A stretch of 64,000 nt of DNA from Acidobacteriota bacterium (GCA_965219005.1 CBDCMS010000003.1:706788-770787), one strand, 5' to 3'. Positions 29,448 to 40,225 are shown, numbered from the stretch's first letter. Numbers and translations: made by a program. Notes: a model not told the origin generated them from the letters alone.

Positions 29448-30344
29448 ATGAATGCAAGCCTAGTACTTTGGTCCAGGTTTTTACTTCGATGTTCGCTCAC
29501 CATTCTTGTTGCTGCGACTTACGGACACGCTCAGGAACAATTGGAGCTTAAGCCAACCGCCAAGCAGCTTTTCCTCGATGACTACGTTATCAAGAGAGTG
29601 CATAACCTCCGGCGCGTACTGCATCAGCCGGCGAAAATTGTACCCGAGCCAGTGATTAGTCCTGAGCATTCCTGGGAAAATGTGACCGTAGGGACACGCA
29701 ATACGCCTTATTGGGACTCCGGTGAAAAGGTTTGGAAACTCTATTACCATGGAACGGCTATGGAAAGCGACGACGTCGGTCAAAGTCGACTTACTTATAG
29801 ACAGTGCCTCGCAATTTCCAAGGATGGGCTGTACTGGACGAAGCCCAATCTCGGCTTGATCGAGTGGAACGAATCAAAAGAAAACAATATCGTGGCGTCG
29901 AGCGGCAACTTTCTGTATCACGTAATCCATGATGTGAATGGTGGAAACGAACGCTACAAAGGACTCTTTGGAATGTCGGGCCGGAAGTCGGCTGTCTCTC
30001 CCGACGGGCTGAATTGGCGCTTCCTCGATGCACCAGTAATTCCGAGTCAGGATCAATCGAAGTTGAACTATGACGAACTGGCTGGGGAATATCTGCTTAC
30101 GGTAAAGCATGAGGGGCCGTACGGACGCTCCGTTTATCTCACGACGAGCAAGGATTTTCGAGAATGGTCCAAGCCGTGGCTGATCTTTCACGCTGACGGC
30201 GAGGATCAAGAGGCGAGCCGCAGGCGGATCGCTGCCAGATTGACGGACGCGCGGTACGCACCGCTTACCGTCAACCGGCCCCTGGCAGCTCCAAGAAGCC
30301 TACCGGATGTCGATGGAGACCGGCTTTCCGGGGAAGGAGGATGA
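29448..30344 (+). pseudogene. Truncated family A (subfamily A2) gene covering only the N-terminal ~280 residues
   Basis: Colinear with 33401..34957 up to ...LTVNRP, then about 20 unrelated residues and a stop. The IS4 element sits 10 bp upstream of its ATG. Confidence 0.6.
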
Positions 30345-31948
30345 CCCGGGGCACCTTCCTTCTGACCACCGTCCTCGCCGCCGCCTCGACCCTCTGGAGT
30401 GGTCAGCCGGTCATAAAGATCGATTCCGACCGGCAGCTGTTCGTGGACGAACTCCTCATCGCTCGCCAACAGGGAGTGACTCTTCAACTCCATTCGCCCA
30501 TTCCGCGGGAGGTGGCGCTGGCGATGGAAGAGCCCTGGGAGCAGGAGGATCTGTCCTCTCCGGTGGTCATGAAGGACGGCAGTCGATATCGCATGTGGTA
30601 CAGCGTCTGGCACAGCATAGGGGAGGAGGAGCGTGCCCTGGGTCTGCGCCGGACAGGCCATGTTCGGAAGGGAGTCAGATACACCGGGTACGCCGAAAGC
30701 AAGGACGGCATTCACTGGCACAGGCCCATTCTCGGCCTCCATGATTTTATGGGATCGAGAAACAACAATCTGGTCTGGGCAGGTCCCGGCGATCACATAT
30801 CGGTTCTGAAGGATGCAAACCCGGGTGTACCGGAGGATGAGCGTTACAAGGCGGTGACCCGGGCCAGAGGGGCCTACGGGTTGGTGTCTGGGGACGGCAT
30901 CCGATGGCGACTGATTCAGGAGGAGCCAATCCTCAGCGGGGGGGCGTTCGATTCCCATAACACTGTCTCTCAAGATCCTTGGACCGGGGAGTACGTCTAC
31001 TACGGGCGCGGCTTCCTGGACCGCTCCTCGAAGAAGCAGTGGGACCGGCAGGCAGGCGACCGCCGCAACCTGGTTCGCCGTATTCGCCGGGCAAGTTCCA
31101 AAGATTTCCGGAGCTGGTCGGCGCTGGAGTTTATCGACCTGGGCCCGGAGCCGCTGGATCATCTCTACACCAATGCAGCTACACCCTACCTCAGGGCCCG
31201 GGGACTGTATCTGATCTTTCCCATGCGCTTCGTGCCGGAACGGAAGTTTCACCAGGATTGGCCTTACCAGGGTCTGTCCGATGTCGTATTCGCTTCCAGT
31301 CGGGACGGTGTGCACTGGAAGCGCACCTTTCTGGGAGCTTTTCTGCGGCCTGGTCTGGACTCGAGGAACTGGCACGAACGAGCGATCATCCAGGGGCAGG
31401 GTCTGGTGGAAACGGGACCCGGTGAACTCTCCCTCTACTGGGTGGAGAACAAGCGGACCGATGGCTGCAGGATACGCCGCGGTACCATCCGTACGGACGG
31501 CTTTGTCTCCGTCAATGCAGGCTATGAAGGTGGAGAGTTCCTCACTCCTCTCCTGACTTTCAAGGGCGAGCACTTGTGGCTGAATTACTCGACGTCGGCC
31601 GTAGGCTGGCTCAAGCTGGAGATTCAGGATGTTGCGGGCAGACCCATCTCGGGCTTCGGTTTAGATGAAAGCCAGGAGATTTTCGGTGATGAGCTGGAGA
31701 GGAAGGCCCACTGGATCTCAGGCTCCCAAGTAGGCCAGCTTCAGGGGCGCCCGGTGAGGTTGAGATTCAAGATGAAGGACGCAGATCTCTTCTCCTTCCG
31801 GTTCGGGGGGAGGACCTCGGATCCACCAACTTCCAATGGTTCACTCCGCCAGCCAGAACGCATAGAGACTGGCTTCACGGAAGACGAAGCGCAGCCGCAC
31901 CTCCTCGCCCGCCAGCGCACCCAGATCTTTTCCGGCCTGCCACGATAG
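30341..31948 (+). CDS. Family A protein (A1-like) with a 48-residue C-terminal read-through beyond the usual ...DLFSFRF ending
   Basis: Signal peptide MTRGTFLLTTVLAAASTLWS. High GC (about 60%) inside a lower-GC block. The start overlaps the end of the truncated gene (ATGA), and the 3' extension runs antisense into 31841..33355. Confidence 0.75.
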   Translation: MTRGTFLLTTVLAAASTLWSGQPVIKIDSDRQLFVDELLIARQQGVTLQLHSPIPREVALAMEEPWEQEDLSSPVVMKDGSRYRMWYSVWHSIGEEERALGLRRTGHVRKGVRYTGYAESKDGIHWHRPILGLHDFMGSRNNNLVWAGPGDHISVLKDANPGVPEDERYKAVTRARGAYGLVSGDGIRWRLIQEEPILSGGAFDSHNTVSQDPWTGEYVYYGRGFLDRSSKKQWDRQAGDRRNLVRRIRRASSKDFRSWSALEFIDLGPEPLDHLYTNAATPYLRARGLYLIFPMRFVPERKFHQDWPYQGLSDVVFASSRDGVHWKRTFLGAFLRPGLDSRNWHERAIIQGQGLVETGPGELSLYWVENKRTDGCRIRRGTIRTDGFVSVNAGYEGGEFLTPLLTFKGEHLWLNYSTSAVGWLKLEIQDVAGRPISGFGLDESQEIFGDELERKAHWISGSQVGQLQGRPVRLRFKMKDADLFSFRFGGRTSDPPTSNGSLRQPERIETGFTEDEAQPHLLARQRTQIFSGLPR

Positions 31949-33355
31949 CGGTGCGCGCAAGTGATCGCCGGCTAGAGCTGTCGCGTTTTCGAGCGAAAAC
32001 CCTTCCAGCGTCCTTCGCCCGGTGGCATCCAGAATTTCAGCGCGGAGAAAACCGCCGTCCCTCACTTGTGCGTTTACCATCAGCAAGCGGCCCCGCAGAA
32101 TAAGAGGGCGGGTAAGTAATTCGCCCTTCAATTCCCCGGCATCCAGCGAGACAAAGCCATCCAGGCGCAGTCGGGAAGCATAGATCGCTCCGGTGTCATT
32201 GGGGAAACCCCAGGCCTTGGATCCATCAGGTCGCGTATGTACTGTATCGGGATTGAAGCGATATCTGTTTCCTGCGTGATAGAACCACAATTCGTCCTCC
32301 CGGACCACGGGCCGATTCGCAGGAACCAACTGAACTGTGTCATACGCGCCGCTACCAACATGTGAGGTCTCCATGAACGGCGCCCGACCCGCCACTCGCT
32401 GCCATCGAATCAGGTCGCGGCTGGTGACTAGCTCCACGTGATGAAACCCCTCGGAGTTTCCGATGGGCGTTGGTCCACTCTGATTGAAAAACATCGGAGT
32501 GCCTATATAAACCCCTCCGTAAGGGAATATTGGCATGTTATAGACATCCGTGTTGTAGTCAGCCGGCCGGTTGATGGTAAGTGGGGCGTACCGCGGATCC
32601 GTCAATCTGGCGGCGATCCGCCTGCGGCTTGCCTCTTGATCTTCGCCGTCAGCATGAAAGATCAGCCGCGGCTTCGACCATTCTCGAAAATTCTTGCTCC
32701 TGGTTAGATAAACCGAGCGTCCGTACGGCCCCTCATGCTTCACAGTGGCGAGAAATTGCCCCGCCAGTTCGTCGTAGATCAGCTGCGATTCATCTTGACT
32801 CGGGATCAGTGGAACTTCCAGCATTCGCCAATGCAGACCGTCGGCGGAAACAGCGGGTCTTCGCCCCTGTGACCCGAAAAGCCCCTTGTAACGCTCGCTC
32901 CCACCGGTCGCATCGAAGATAACATGGTAAAGCTGCTCGGCCACGATATTGTTGTCCTTCGATCCCTCCCACTCAACGAGGCCGAGCTTGGGCTTCGTCC
33001 AGTTCAGCCCGTCCTTGGAAATCGCCAGGCATTGTCCCGGTCGAGCCTGCCCAGAAACATTCTCAATTCTCGTGACCACCCTGTAATAGAGTTTCCACAA
33101 CTGCTCCGCGGGGTCCCAAAACGGGGCGTTGCGTGTGCTTACAATTACACTCTCCCAGGAATGCTCCGGTAGAATCACGGGCTCGGCCGAAATCTTCTCT
33201 GGTTGATGCAAGACCCGCCTGAGGTTGTGCACCTCCCTGATAAGATAATCGTCGAGAAATAGCTGCTTAACGCCCGGTTGAGGCGCCGGAGCTTTCTGCG
33301 AATAGACAAAGGTTGCGCTGAAGAAAACTATTAAAATCCAATAATAAGCTAACAT
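31841..33355 (-). CDS. Family A protein, subfamily A2
   Basis: Signal peptide MLAYYWILIVFFSATFVYS. About 85% identical to 24768..26309 and ends ASLYAFWLAE. Confidence 0.8.
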   Translation of the reverse strand: MLAYYWILIVFFSATFVYSQKAPAPQPGVKQLFLDDYLIREVHNLRRVLHQPEKISAEPVILPEHSWESVIVSTRNAPFWDPAEQLWKLYYRVVTRIENVSGQARPGQCLAISKDGLNWTKPKLGLVEWEGSKDNNIVAEQLYHVIFDATGGSERYKGLFGSQGRRPAVSADGLHWRMLEVPLIPSQDESQLIYDELAGQFLATVKHEGPYGRSVYLTRSKNFREWSKPRLIFHADGEDQEASRRRIAARLTDPRYAPLTINRPADYNTDVYNMPIFPYGGVYIGTPMFFNQSGPTPIGNSEGFHHVELVTSRDLIRWQRVAGRAPFMETSHVGSGAYDTVQLVPANRPVVREDELWFYHAGNRYRFNPDTVHTRPDGSKAWGFPNDTGAIYASRLRLDGFVSLDAGELKGELLTRPLILRGRLLMVNAQVRDGGFLRAEILDATGRRTLEGFSLENATALAGDHLRAPLSWQAGKDLGALAGEEVRLRFVFREASLYAFWLAE

Positions 33356-33400
33356 TCTGTCCTCAATAAAGTGTACACATCATTATTTACAGAGGTGATT

Positions 33401-34957
33401 ATGAATTCAAGCCTGGTACGTGCGTCCGCGTTTCTACTTCGGTGGTCGCTCACCATTCTGGTTGCTGGGACTTACGGATACGCTCAGGAGCAATTGGAGC
33501 TCAAACCAGGCGTCAAGGAGCTTTTCCTCGATGACTACTTCATCAGGGGAGTGCATAACCTCCGGCGTGTACTGCATCAGCCGGAGAAAATTGTACCGGG
33601 GCCAGTGATTGGTCCCGAGCACTCCTGGGAAAATGTGATAGTAGGGACACGCAATACGCCCTATTGGGACCCCAGTGAACAGGTTTGGAAACTCTACTAC
33701 CATGGGGCGGCTATGGAAGACGACGGCGAAGGTCACCGTCGAATGACGTATCGACAGTGCCTTGCAATTTCCAAGGACGGACTGCATTGGACAAAGCCCA
33801 ATCTCGGCTTGATCGAGTGGAACGGATCAAGAGAAAACAATATCGTCGCATCGAGCAGTAACTTTCTGTATCACGTAATACATGATGCGAATGGTGGAAA
33901 CGAACGCTACAAAGGACTCTTTGGAATGTCGGGGCGGAAGCCGGCTGTCTCTCCCGACGGGCTGAATTGGCGCTTCCTCGAGGCGTCGGTAATTCCGAGT
34001 CAGGATCAATCGAAGTTGAACTATGACGAACTGGCTGGGGAATATCTGCTTACGGTAAAGCATGAGGGGCCGTACGGACGCTCCGTTTATCTCACGACGA
34101 GCAAGGATTTTCGAGAATGGTCCAAGCCGCGGCTGATCTTTCACGCTGACGGCGAGGATCAAGAGGCGAGCCGCAGGCGGATCGCTGCCAGATTGACGGA
34201 CCCGCGGTACGCCCCGCTTACCATCAACCGGCCGGCTGACTACAACACGGATGTCTATAACATGCAGGTGTTTCGCTACCAAGGAGTGTATATAGGGATG
34301 CCGATGTTCTTCAACCAGAGTGGGCCGACGCCGATCGGAAACTCCGAGGGATTTCACCATGTGGAACTTGTAATGAGTCGCGATCTGATTCGATGGCAGC
34401 GGGTGGCGGGTCGGGCACCGTTCATGGAAACTTCGCATGTCGGCAAGGGCGGCTACGACACAGTGCAGTTGATTCCTGCCGATCGTCCGGTAGTTCGGGA
34501 CGGCGAGTTGTGGTTTTACTACTCGGGCAACAGAGGCCGCTTCATTCCCGATTCTGTTTATACGCGGCCCGACGGGAGGAAAGTGTTCGGATTCCCGGAG
34601 CACACCGGGGCAGTTCATGTGTCGCGGCTGCGCCTTGACGGCTTCGTTTCGATGGACGCAGGTGAATTGGATGGCAAGCTGCTTACCCGTCCAATGTTCT
34701 TACGGGGACGCCGCCTTTTCGTGAATGCAAAGGTAAGCGAGGGCGGATTCTTGCGCGTTGAGATCCTGGATACCGCCGGGCGAACGCCAGTTGATGGATT
34801 CGCATTCGGAAATGCAGTTCCGATCACCGGAGATGAATTGCGAGCGCCTTTGACATGGCGGGACGGAAAGGATGTTGGTGCGCTGGCCGGCCAGGAAGTG
34901 CGGTTGCGTTTTGTCCTACGCCGGGCAAGTCTTTATGCGTTCTGGGTAGCGGAGTGA
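33401..34957 (+). CDS. Family A protein, subfamily A2
   Basis: Likely start MNSSLVRASAFLLRWSLTILVAG, preceded by gaggtgatt; the ORF track starts at 33371. Ends ASLYAFWVAE. Confidence 0.8.
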   Translation: MNSSLVRASAFLLRWSLTILVAGTYGYAQEQLELKPGVKELFLDDYFIRGVHNLRRVLHQPEKIVPGPVIGPEHSWENVIVGTRNTPYWDPSEQVWKLYYHGAAMEDDGEGHRRMTYRQCLAISKDGLHWTKPNLGLIEWNGSRENNIVASSSNFLYHVIHDANGGNERYKGLFGMSGRKPAVSPDGLNWRFLEASVIPSQDQSKLNYDELAGEYLLTVKHEGPYGRSVYLTTSKDFREWSKPRLIFHADGEDQEASRRRIAARLTDPRYAPLTINRPADYNTDVYNMQVFRYQGVYIGMPMFFNQSGPTPIGNSEGFHHVELVMSRDLIRWQRVAGRAPFMETSHVGKGGYDTVQLIPADRPVVRDGELWFYYSGNRGRFIPDSVYTRPDGRKVFGFPEHTGAVHVSRLRLDGFVSMDAGELDGKLLTRPMFLRGRRLFVNAKVSEGGFLRVEILDTAGRTPVDGFAFGNAVPITGDELRAPLTWRDGKDVGALAGQEVRLRFVLRRASLYAFWVAE

Positions 34958-35138
34958 AACCATTGGAAGATCAGGCATCACCCGCGCTCAGAAAAGCGGA
35001 TGAAACGTAAACAGAGGTGAGGCTACAACCAGGCACAAACCGACCTATGAATGCTTCTCCAACCGAGAACGACGGTGGCCGCCGACCCGATTCTCCATGT
35101 CGCCGCGCCTGAGTTGAGAAAGTGAGACCACTGTCATC

Positions 35139-36845
35139 ATGATTCCCAGACACATTCTGCTTACCGCCATTGCAATCGCATGCGCTTCGGCAGTTGGACC
35201 GGTGTCCTATTGCCAAGAACTCTTTTCGCCCAGGCCCGCATCGCGCCCACGGGTTCTCATGGACTACTACCACAAGAAGTTACCGCAATCCAAGGTGGGA
35301 AGGTATCTGTTGACAGGTGGTCGTGCGGATAACGTCGGACGTTATGGATTCAATGATTTTTCTCACACCAACAGTTTTGATGCGCTCTTTTTGATCTTAG
35401 AGAGGGAATTCGCGTTATACGTAAATCGTAAGCCGTTTACGACATCGGGCCTGTCCGAAATAGATATCGTCTTGATAATCAACCCAGAACATCCGGATTT
35501 AGCTCCTGATATCCCCGTCATTTCAGATGCAGAGATCGAGGTATTGAGAGAATTCGTGAAGGAGGGGGGGAGCTTGATGGTAATGATCAACGCTGGGGGC
35601 CGTGGGACGGAAAGATTCGAAGAAGTGCAAACCCGGAAACTGCTGAGGAATTTTGGTTTAGATTGGTATGACAACGATACAAGTTATACGGACATAGCCC
35701 TTGGGCCACAGCATCCCTACTTTTACGATATTGATGTTTTTCACTACGGAGCGGGTTGCACCATCAAGATACTTCCTGATGCCCAAGAAGAAGAGAGAAT
35801 GCTGGAAGTGCACGAAGATGAAGGATCACCAAAAACCAGAGGCCCCGGACTTGTTATGGTGCGACACGGAAAGGGAAAGGTCATGGTAGTTGGGGACACG
35901 GGATCGTGGGGAGCCAATATGGCGCGACCCTGGGCTCAGAATGAAATATTCCTGAAGCAGATGTTCAGGCACCTAAAACGGGATAACGATGTCAAGCCGG
36001 CGGCCTACTTCCCAGGCCAGTCACTACTTTACGATGCCCGGTTTGTGGAGCTGGCAGCGATTCCAGTGAGGAATACGATTAACCAAGTTCGGCATCCAGA
36101 AGCGCGCGTCTTCCAACCCACGCCTAGAACAGAACTACCGTACCTGGAATCTGAAGGGAAACTCCGATTGCGATGTGTCTCAGAAAGCGCGAGTGGTGCC
36201 AGAAAGTTCGAAGCTTGGGTTGATTCATTCGCGCGTTTCGAGGAGACGACCAAGCTCTCACAGACGGAATCGATTAGCTTCGGAGCCAGTCGGCAGGGAA
36301 ACGTCTTTGACGTAGAGGCTCAGGGAAAGTACGCCGCTTGGATGGCTCCCGACATAGGGCACTTGATTGCACTCTTGCCTCATGACGGAATACGTTTGGG
36401 AGATCGTTGGGAGAAAGTGGAACAACTTCGAATTATTCCGATTCAGAGTTCGGATTCTGCGTTGACTCGGCCAGTTGAAACAAAAATGACCTATCTTCGA
36501 GATGAAGTCATTGGAAAGAGACGCTGTCGCCTTATTCGCACGCAAGCGCGGACCTGGCTTGCGGATGCAGGTGTCAGAGTGGAGGATTTACTCCCTCATG
36601 ATTGGGTCCGAAAGTGGAGTGGCTCCAATTTCGAGTTAGTAAAGGGTCGAGGGGGCACCCTTATTTTCAGACGTGAACAATGGGTAGACGCAGAGACTGG
36701 AGTAGTGGTCAAATCCGAAGCAAGAACGGGTATCACTGTTTGGATTCGTGATCTGAGTAAGCCTTTGAGTGTGAGCAACGAGGATAGGGATCAAACGATG
36801 CTGACGACAGTTTCGCATATGGCCATGTTTGAACTGAAACCCTGA
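35139..36845 (+). CDS. Secreted hypothetical protein with a ThuA/class-I glutamine-amidotransferase-like (DUF4350-like) N-terminal region
   Basis: Signal peptide MIPRHILLTAIAIACASAVG. The motif EIEVLREFVKEGGSLMVMINAGG resembles the ThuA/GATase1-like fold. Low GC (about 48%). Confidence 0.4.
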   Translation: MIPRHILLTAIAIACASAVGPVSYCQELFSPRPASRPRVLMDYYHKKLPQSKVGRYLLTGGRADNVGRYGFNDFSHTNSFDALFLILEREFALYVNRKPFTTSGLSEIDIVLIINPEHPDLAPDIPVISDAEIEVLREFVKEGGSLMVMINAGGRGTERFEEVQTRKLLRNFGLDWYDNDTSYTDIALGPQHPYFYDIDVFHYGAGCTIKILPDAQEEERMLEVHEDEGSPKTRGPGLVMVRHGKGKVMVVGDTGSWGANMARPWAQNEIFLKQMFRHLKRDNDVKPAAYFPGQSLLYDARFVELAAIPVRNTINQVRHPEARVFQPTPRTELPYLESEGKLRLRCVSESASGARKFEAWVDSFARFEETTKLSQTESISFGASRQGNVFDVEAQGKYAAWMAPDIGHLIALLPHDGIRLGDRWEKVEQLRIIPIQSSDSALTRPVETKMTYLRDEVIGKRRCRLIRTQARTWLADAGVRVEDLLPHDWVRKWSGSNFELVKGRGGTLIFRREQWVDAETGVVVKSEARTGITVWIRDLSKPLSVSNEDRDQTMLTTVSHMAMFELKP

Positions 36846-36948
36846 CCTTGACGCCTTTGGACCTCTTCTAGAAGTAAGAATCGTTATCTGCTGCTGGCCG
36901 ATCGTGCGTGCTACTTATAAACATCCGGAAAACTTGAGCGGGGTAAAT

Positions 36949-38568
36949 ATGAGAGCCAATACACTCGACACTTGGGTGATAAGTGTGCATAAGCTGACCT
37001 TGCGCGCCAGTCTGCGATTATCTCATGCCAGTAGAGAAGCCGCATTCGTCCTGATTCTATTTGCTTTTTCATTCCTACAGCCGGCGCTATCAGCCCAAGC
37101 GAAGGATTCAGCAGAAAAACCAGCAAACATCCGCGGATTGCTGCATATAGGATCACAACGACAGCTCTTTCTGGATGAATCCATTGTGGAGACAATGGAA
37201 AATACGAAGCGCCGGTTGAACCCAGCTCTAAAGAGCATATCCAATCCTGTCTTGAAGGTAGATAAACCCTGGGAAGGTCCGGACAACCGGATAGATTGGA
37301 TCTTCTACGATCATAGACTGAAGAAATTTCGGCTGAGGTACAAGAGTAGGATCTTCTATGCGAGCGGGAGAGATGAAAAGGGAAACATCATCGTAAGAGG
37401 AGAAGGAGGCAGCGACCCCGTGCTTGTCTGCGAAGCCTTTTCTGAGGACGGTATCGAATGGGAAAAACCTCGATTGGGATTGGCTGAGTTCGAGGGTACT
37501 ACTGCGAATAACATAGTTCCAGATGATAGGCATTGTGCCTTCGCATTTGAAGATCTCCATGATCCTGATCCCAACCGCAGGTACAAAGGGATCAGGTTTT
37601 CCAAGAACGGCGGGCAGTGGTACAGCGATAAACTAACATTCTCATATTATTATTCACCGGATGGGTACAACTGGACAGCATTTGGAGAGAATCCCGTCAA
37701 TAGAGATTGGGGATGGCCCGTCTTGACGGGCTGGGACCCGATCCGGAGGTGCTATGGCGTTCATTTCGAGAATGAACACCACAGGCGCTCAGACTCGCGT
37801 CCTTTCAAAGAAAAGAGAGTCATTGGAAGGGCGGAGAGTCCGGATATGATTCATTGGTCAGGTGCCGAAACAATTATCGTCCCGGACGGTCGCGATTACC
37901 CGGATACAGAATTCTATCAACTCGAGACCTCACATTATGAGGGATGGAGTGTGGGGTTCCTCTGGAATTTTTCCACTACCAACACCACCATACACCCACA
38001 ATTTGTCTTTAGCCGTGATGGTACTCACTATAGCCGTGAGCACAGGGAGCCTGTCATTCGACGGGGAGACAATGGAGATTTTGATTCGGCGGCAATTTAT
38101 GCCAGGCAGCCGATTGTTCATAAGGGAGAGATCTATTGCTTTTACTATGGTACCAACTGGCGCTCGCCGGAGACTCTGGTGGAATTGGGTGAAAAGGCTA
38201 CCTGCGGGATCGGATTGGCGAAGCTCCCCCTGGATGGATTTGTCTCTTTAGAGGGAGCAAGGCGAGGCTACAGTATCGTAACAACGCGGTCGTTTACCTT
38301 TACGGGCGCATCTCTTTATTTGAATATGCGGGCCGCGTTGCAACAATGGGGCGCCGGTCCTTGTGAAGTGAAAGTTGAATTGCTGGATGGCCGTCATGTG
38401 CCTATTGAAGGTTATACATTTGATGATGCGGACAATCTTTCCACTACGAACATAAAGCAACAGGTTACGTGGAATGATGAATCGGATATTACTTCATTGG
38501 CAGGAAGGCCTATTCGATTAAGAATCTTTTTCACAAATGCGAAATTGTACGCGTTTCAGTTTATATAA
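36949..38568 (+). CDS. Family A protein, divergent member ending IRLRIFFTNAKLYAFQFI
   Basis: Hydrophobic AAFVLILFAFSFLQPALSAQA. Motifs SEDGIEW and DGFVSLEGA. Low GC. Confidence 0.75.
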   Translation: MRANTLDTWVISVHKLTLRASLRLSHASREAAFVLILFAFSFLQPALSAQAKDSAEKPANIRGLLHIGSQRQLFLDESIVETMENTKRRLNPALKSISNPVLKVDKPWEGPDNRIDWIFYDHRLKKFRLRYKSRIFYASGRDEKGNIIVRGEGGSDPVLVCEAFSEDGIEWEKPRLGLAEFEGTTANNIVPDDRHCAFAFEDLHDPDPNRRYKGIRFSKNGGQWYSDKLTFSYYYSPDGYNWTAFGENPVNRDWGWPVLTGWDPIRRCYGVHFENEHHRRSDSRPFKEKRVIGRAESPDMIHWSGAETIIVPDGRDYPDTEFYQLETSHYEGWSVGFLWNFSTTNTTIHPQFVFSRDGTHYSREHREPVIRRGDNGDFDSAAIYARQPIVHKGEIYCFYYGTNWRSPETLVELGEKATCGIGLAKLPLDGFVSLEGARRGYSIVTTRSFTFTGASLYLNMRAALQQWGAGPCEVKVELLDGRHVPIEGYTFDDADNLSTTNIKQQVTWNDESDITSLAGRPIRLRIFFTNAKLYAFQFI

Positions 38569-38838
38569 TGCTATTGATGCCTTTCTATGAATCGTTGTGT
38601 TACGTTGCATTTACTGTGTTAGAACGAAACTGCTACGCGCTGGAAGAAGCTGGGTCAAGGCTAAGTGCAAGAGGTTCTCTGAGGTAACCGGCACCCCTGA
38701 ACTTAGTACACTGGAACGAAGGAAGACAGGACGTCATCGACACCAGATGGGAGTGAGCCGCTGGGGATTGGAGATGTAGAGAAAGAGGGACTGGGGACAG
38801 GAAATGCCCGGGCCGCGGAAGCTCTGATCACCCCTGCC

Positions 38839-40050
38839 ATGGACCGTCACAACGGTCGCATCATCATCTTCTCGGCACTCCTGCACTACTTTGCTTCTCC
38901 AGTCATCTACCTAGGCATTGTCCAGGCGGCACTATGCGACCGTCTGGGAGCCAGCGCCACGGTGTCCAACCTGCCCAGCTCGGCCTACCTCCTGGCCGCA
39001 GCGGCTCCCATCTTCCTCTCCTGGCTCGTCCCTCATCGACTAGTGCGAGCTACGGTGGTGGCAGCGTCGTTGGCGACCAGCCTGGTCCTGTGCACGGTCC
39101 TCCTGGTACTGGTTCTCCCCCTCCCTGATCCGGTGCGTTTATGGGCCGTCGTGGCTCAGGGCCTGGCCCAGGGCTTCTCCTCTAACATTGCACACGTCTA
39201 TTCGCATCAGTGTATGAAGCGCGGCACCACTCTCGAGGGTCGAGCCCGGGCCCTGAAGTGGGCTTTTTCCCTGTCTCCCATGGCGGGCGTGGCGGGCTCC
39301 CTCTGGGCTCAGTTCCTTCTGGATGGGGGAATTGGAGGACTCCTCTTTCCCCACGAATTCGCGCTCCTCTACCTGACGGCGATCCCCTGCATGGTGGCCG
39401 TAGCCATCCTCAACAGCCGCTATCAACTGCTGCCCATCCAGGAGGAGAGGCATCCGCCCCTGCTCCCGTACCTCTGGAGGAGTATCCAGTCCTACTGGAG
39501 CGTTCGTCTGCTCCTGCTGGTCTGGTTTGCCTATCTCTTCTGGTATCTGACCATCAATATCATGCCCAACCTCGCTCTCTATGCCCGCGAAGCCCTGGGG
39601 AGAGAGCCGCAAGAGCTGTCGGGTTGGATGATGGCGCTGCGTTTCGGGTTCAAGTGTCTAGGCGGACTCCTATTGGGGGTCATCAGCATCCGCTGGGGGT
39701 TCCGTGCCCCTCTGTTTGCTTGTGTCTTCCTGGTAGGCAGTGCCGTGCTCTGGGCCTGGCTGGTTCCCGGGCACCTCTATTTGCTGGCGTTCGGCATCAT
39801 GGGTGCCGGCGAGCTGGGTGGAGTGTATTTCCCCAATTACGTCATCAGCATCTCTTCGGCATCGGCCGCCACCCGAAACCTGGCCATCCTCTCCCTGGTG
39901 ACCCCGGTGAGCAGTATCGGGCCGGCTCTGCACGGTGGCCTGACCGATCTGCACGGCTTTTCAGCGAGCTTCGCCTTCGGACTGTCAGCCGCGATCCTGG
40001 CCCTGATCCTGCTTCGGCAGCTCTCTTCCAAGCCAGCCCGGGGAAACTGA
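38839..40050 (+). CDS. MFS-type transporter (12-TM-like membrane protein)
   Basis: 403 aa and almost entirely hydrophobic, with two 6-helix halves. Confidence 0.65.
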   Translation: MDRHNGRIIIFSALLHYFASPVIYLGIVQAALCDRLGASATVSNLPSSAYLLAAAAPIFLSWLVPHRLVRATVVAASLATSLVLCTVLLVLVLPLPDPVRLWAVVAQGLAQGFSSNIAHVYSHQCMKRGTTLEGRARALKWAFSLSPMAGVAGSLWAQFLLDGGIGGLLFPHEFALLYLTAIPCMVAVAILNSRYQLLPIQEERHPPLLPYLWRSIQSYWSVRLLLLVWFAYLFWYLTINIMPNLALYAREALGREPQELSGWMMALRFGFKCLGGLLLGVISIRWGFRAPLFACVFLVGSAVLWAWLVPGHLYLLAFGIMGAGELGGVYFPNYVISISSASAATRNLAILSLVTPVSSIGPALHGGLTDLHGFSASFAFGLSAAILALILLRQLSSKPARGN

Positions 40051-40225
40051 AGCCAAGTGTCGTACTACAAGAAATCCGGCTACGGATATTCTGTGAATCG
40101 GCCATCTATGCCATACAGATTGTCTGTACGGCAGAGGCAAGACCAGAGACCAAGAGTACTATTTGAATTGAGTTGGAAATACTTTAAGTAGTCTAATCTC
40201 AGGAGGGGACAGCGTGCCTCATTCC

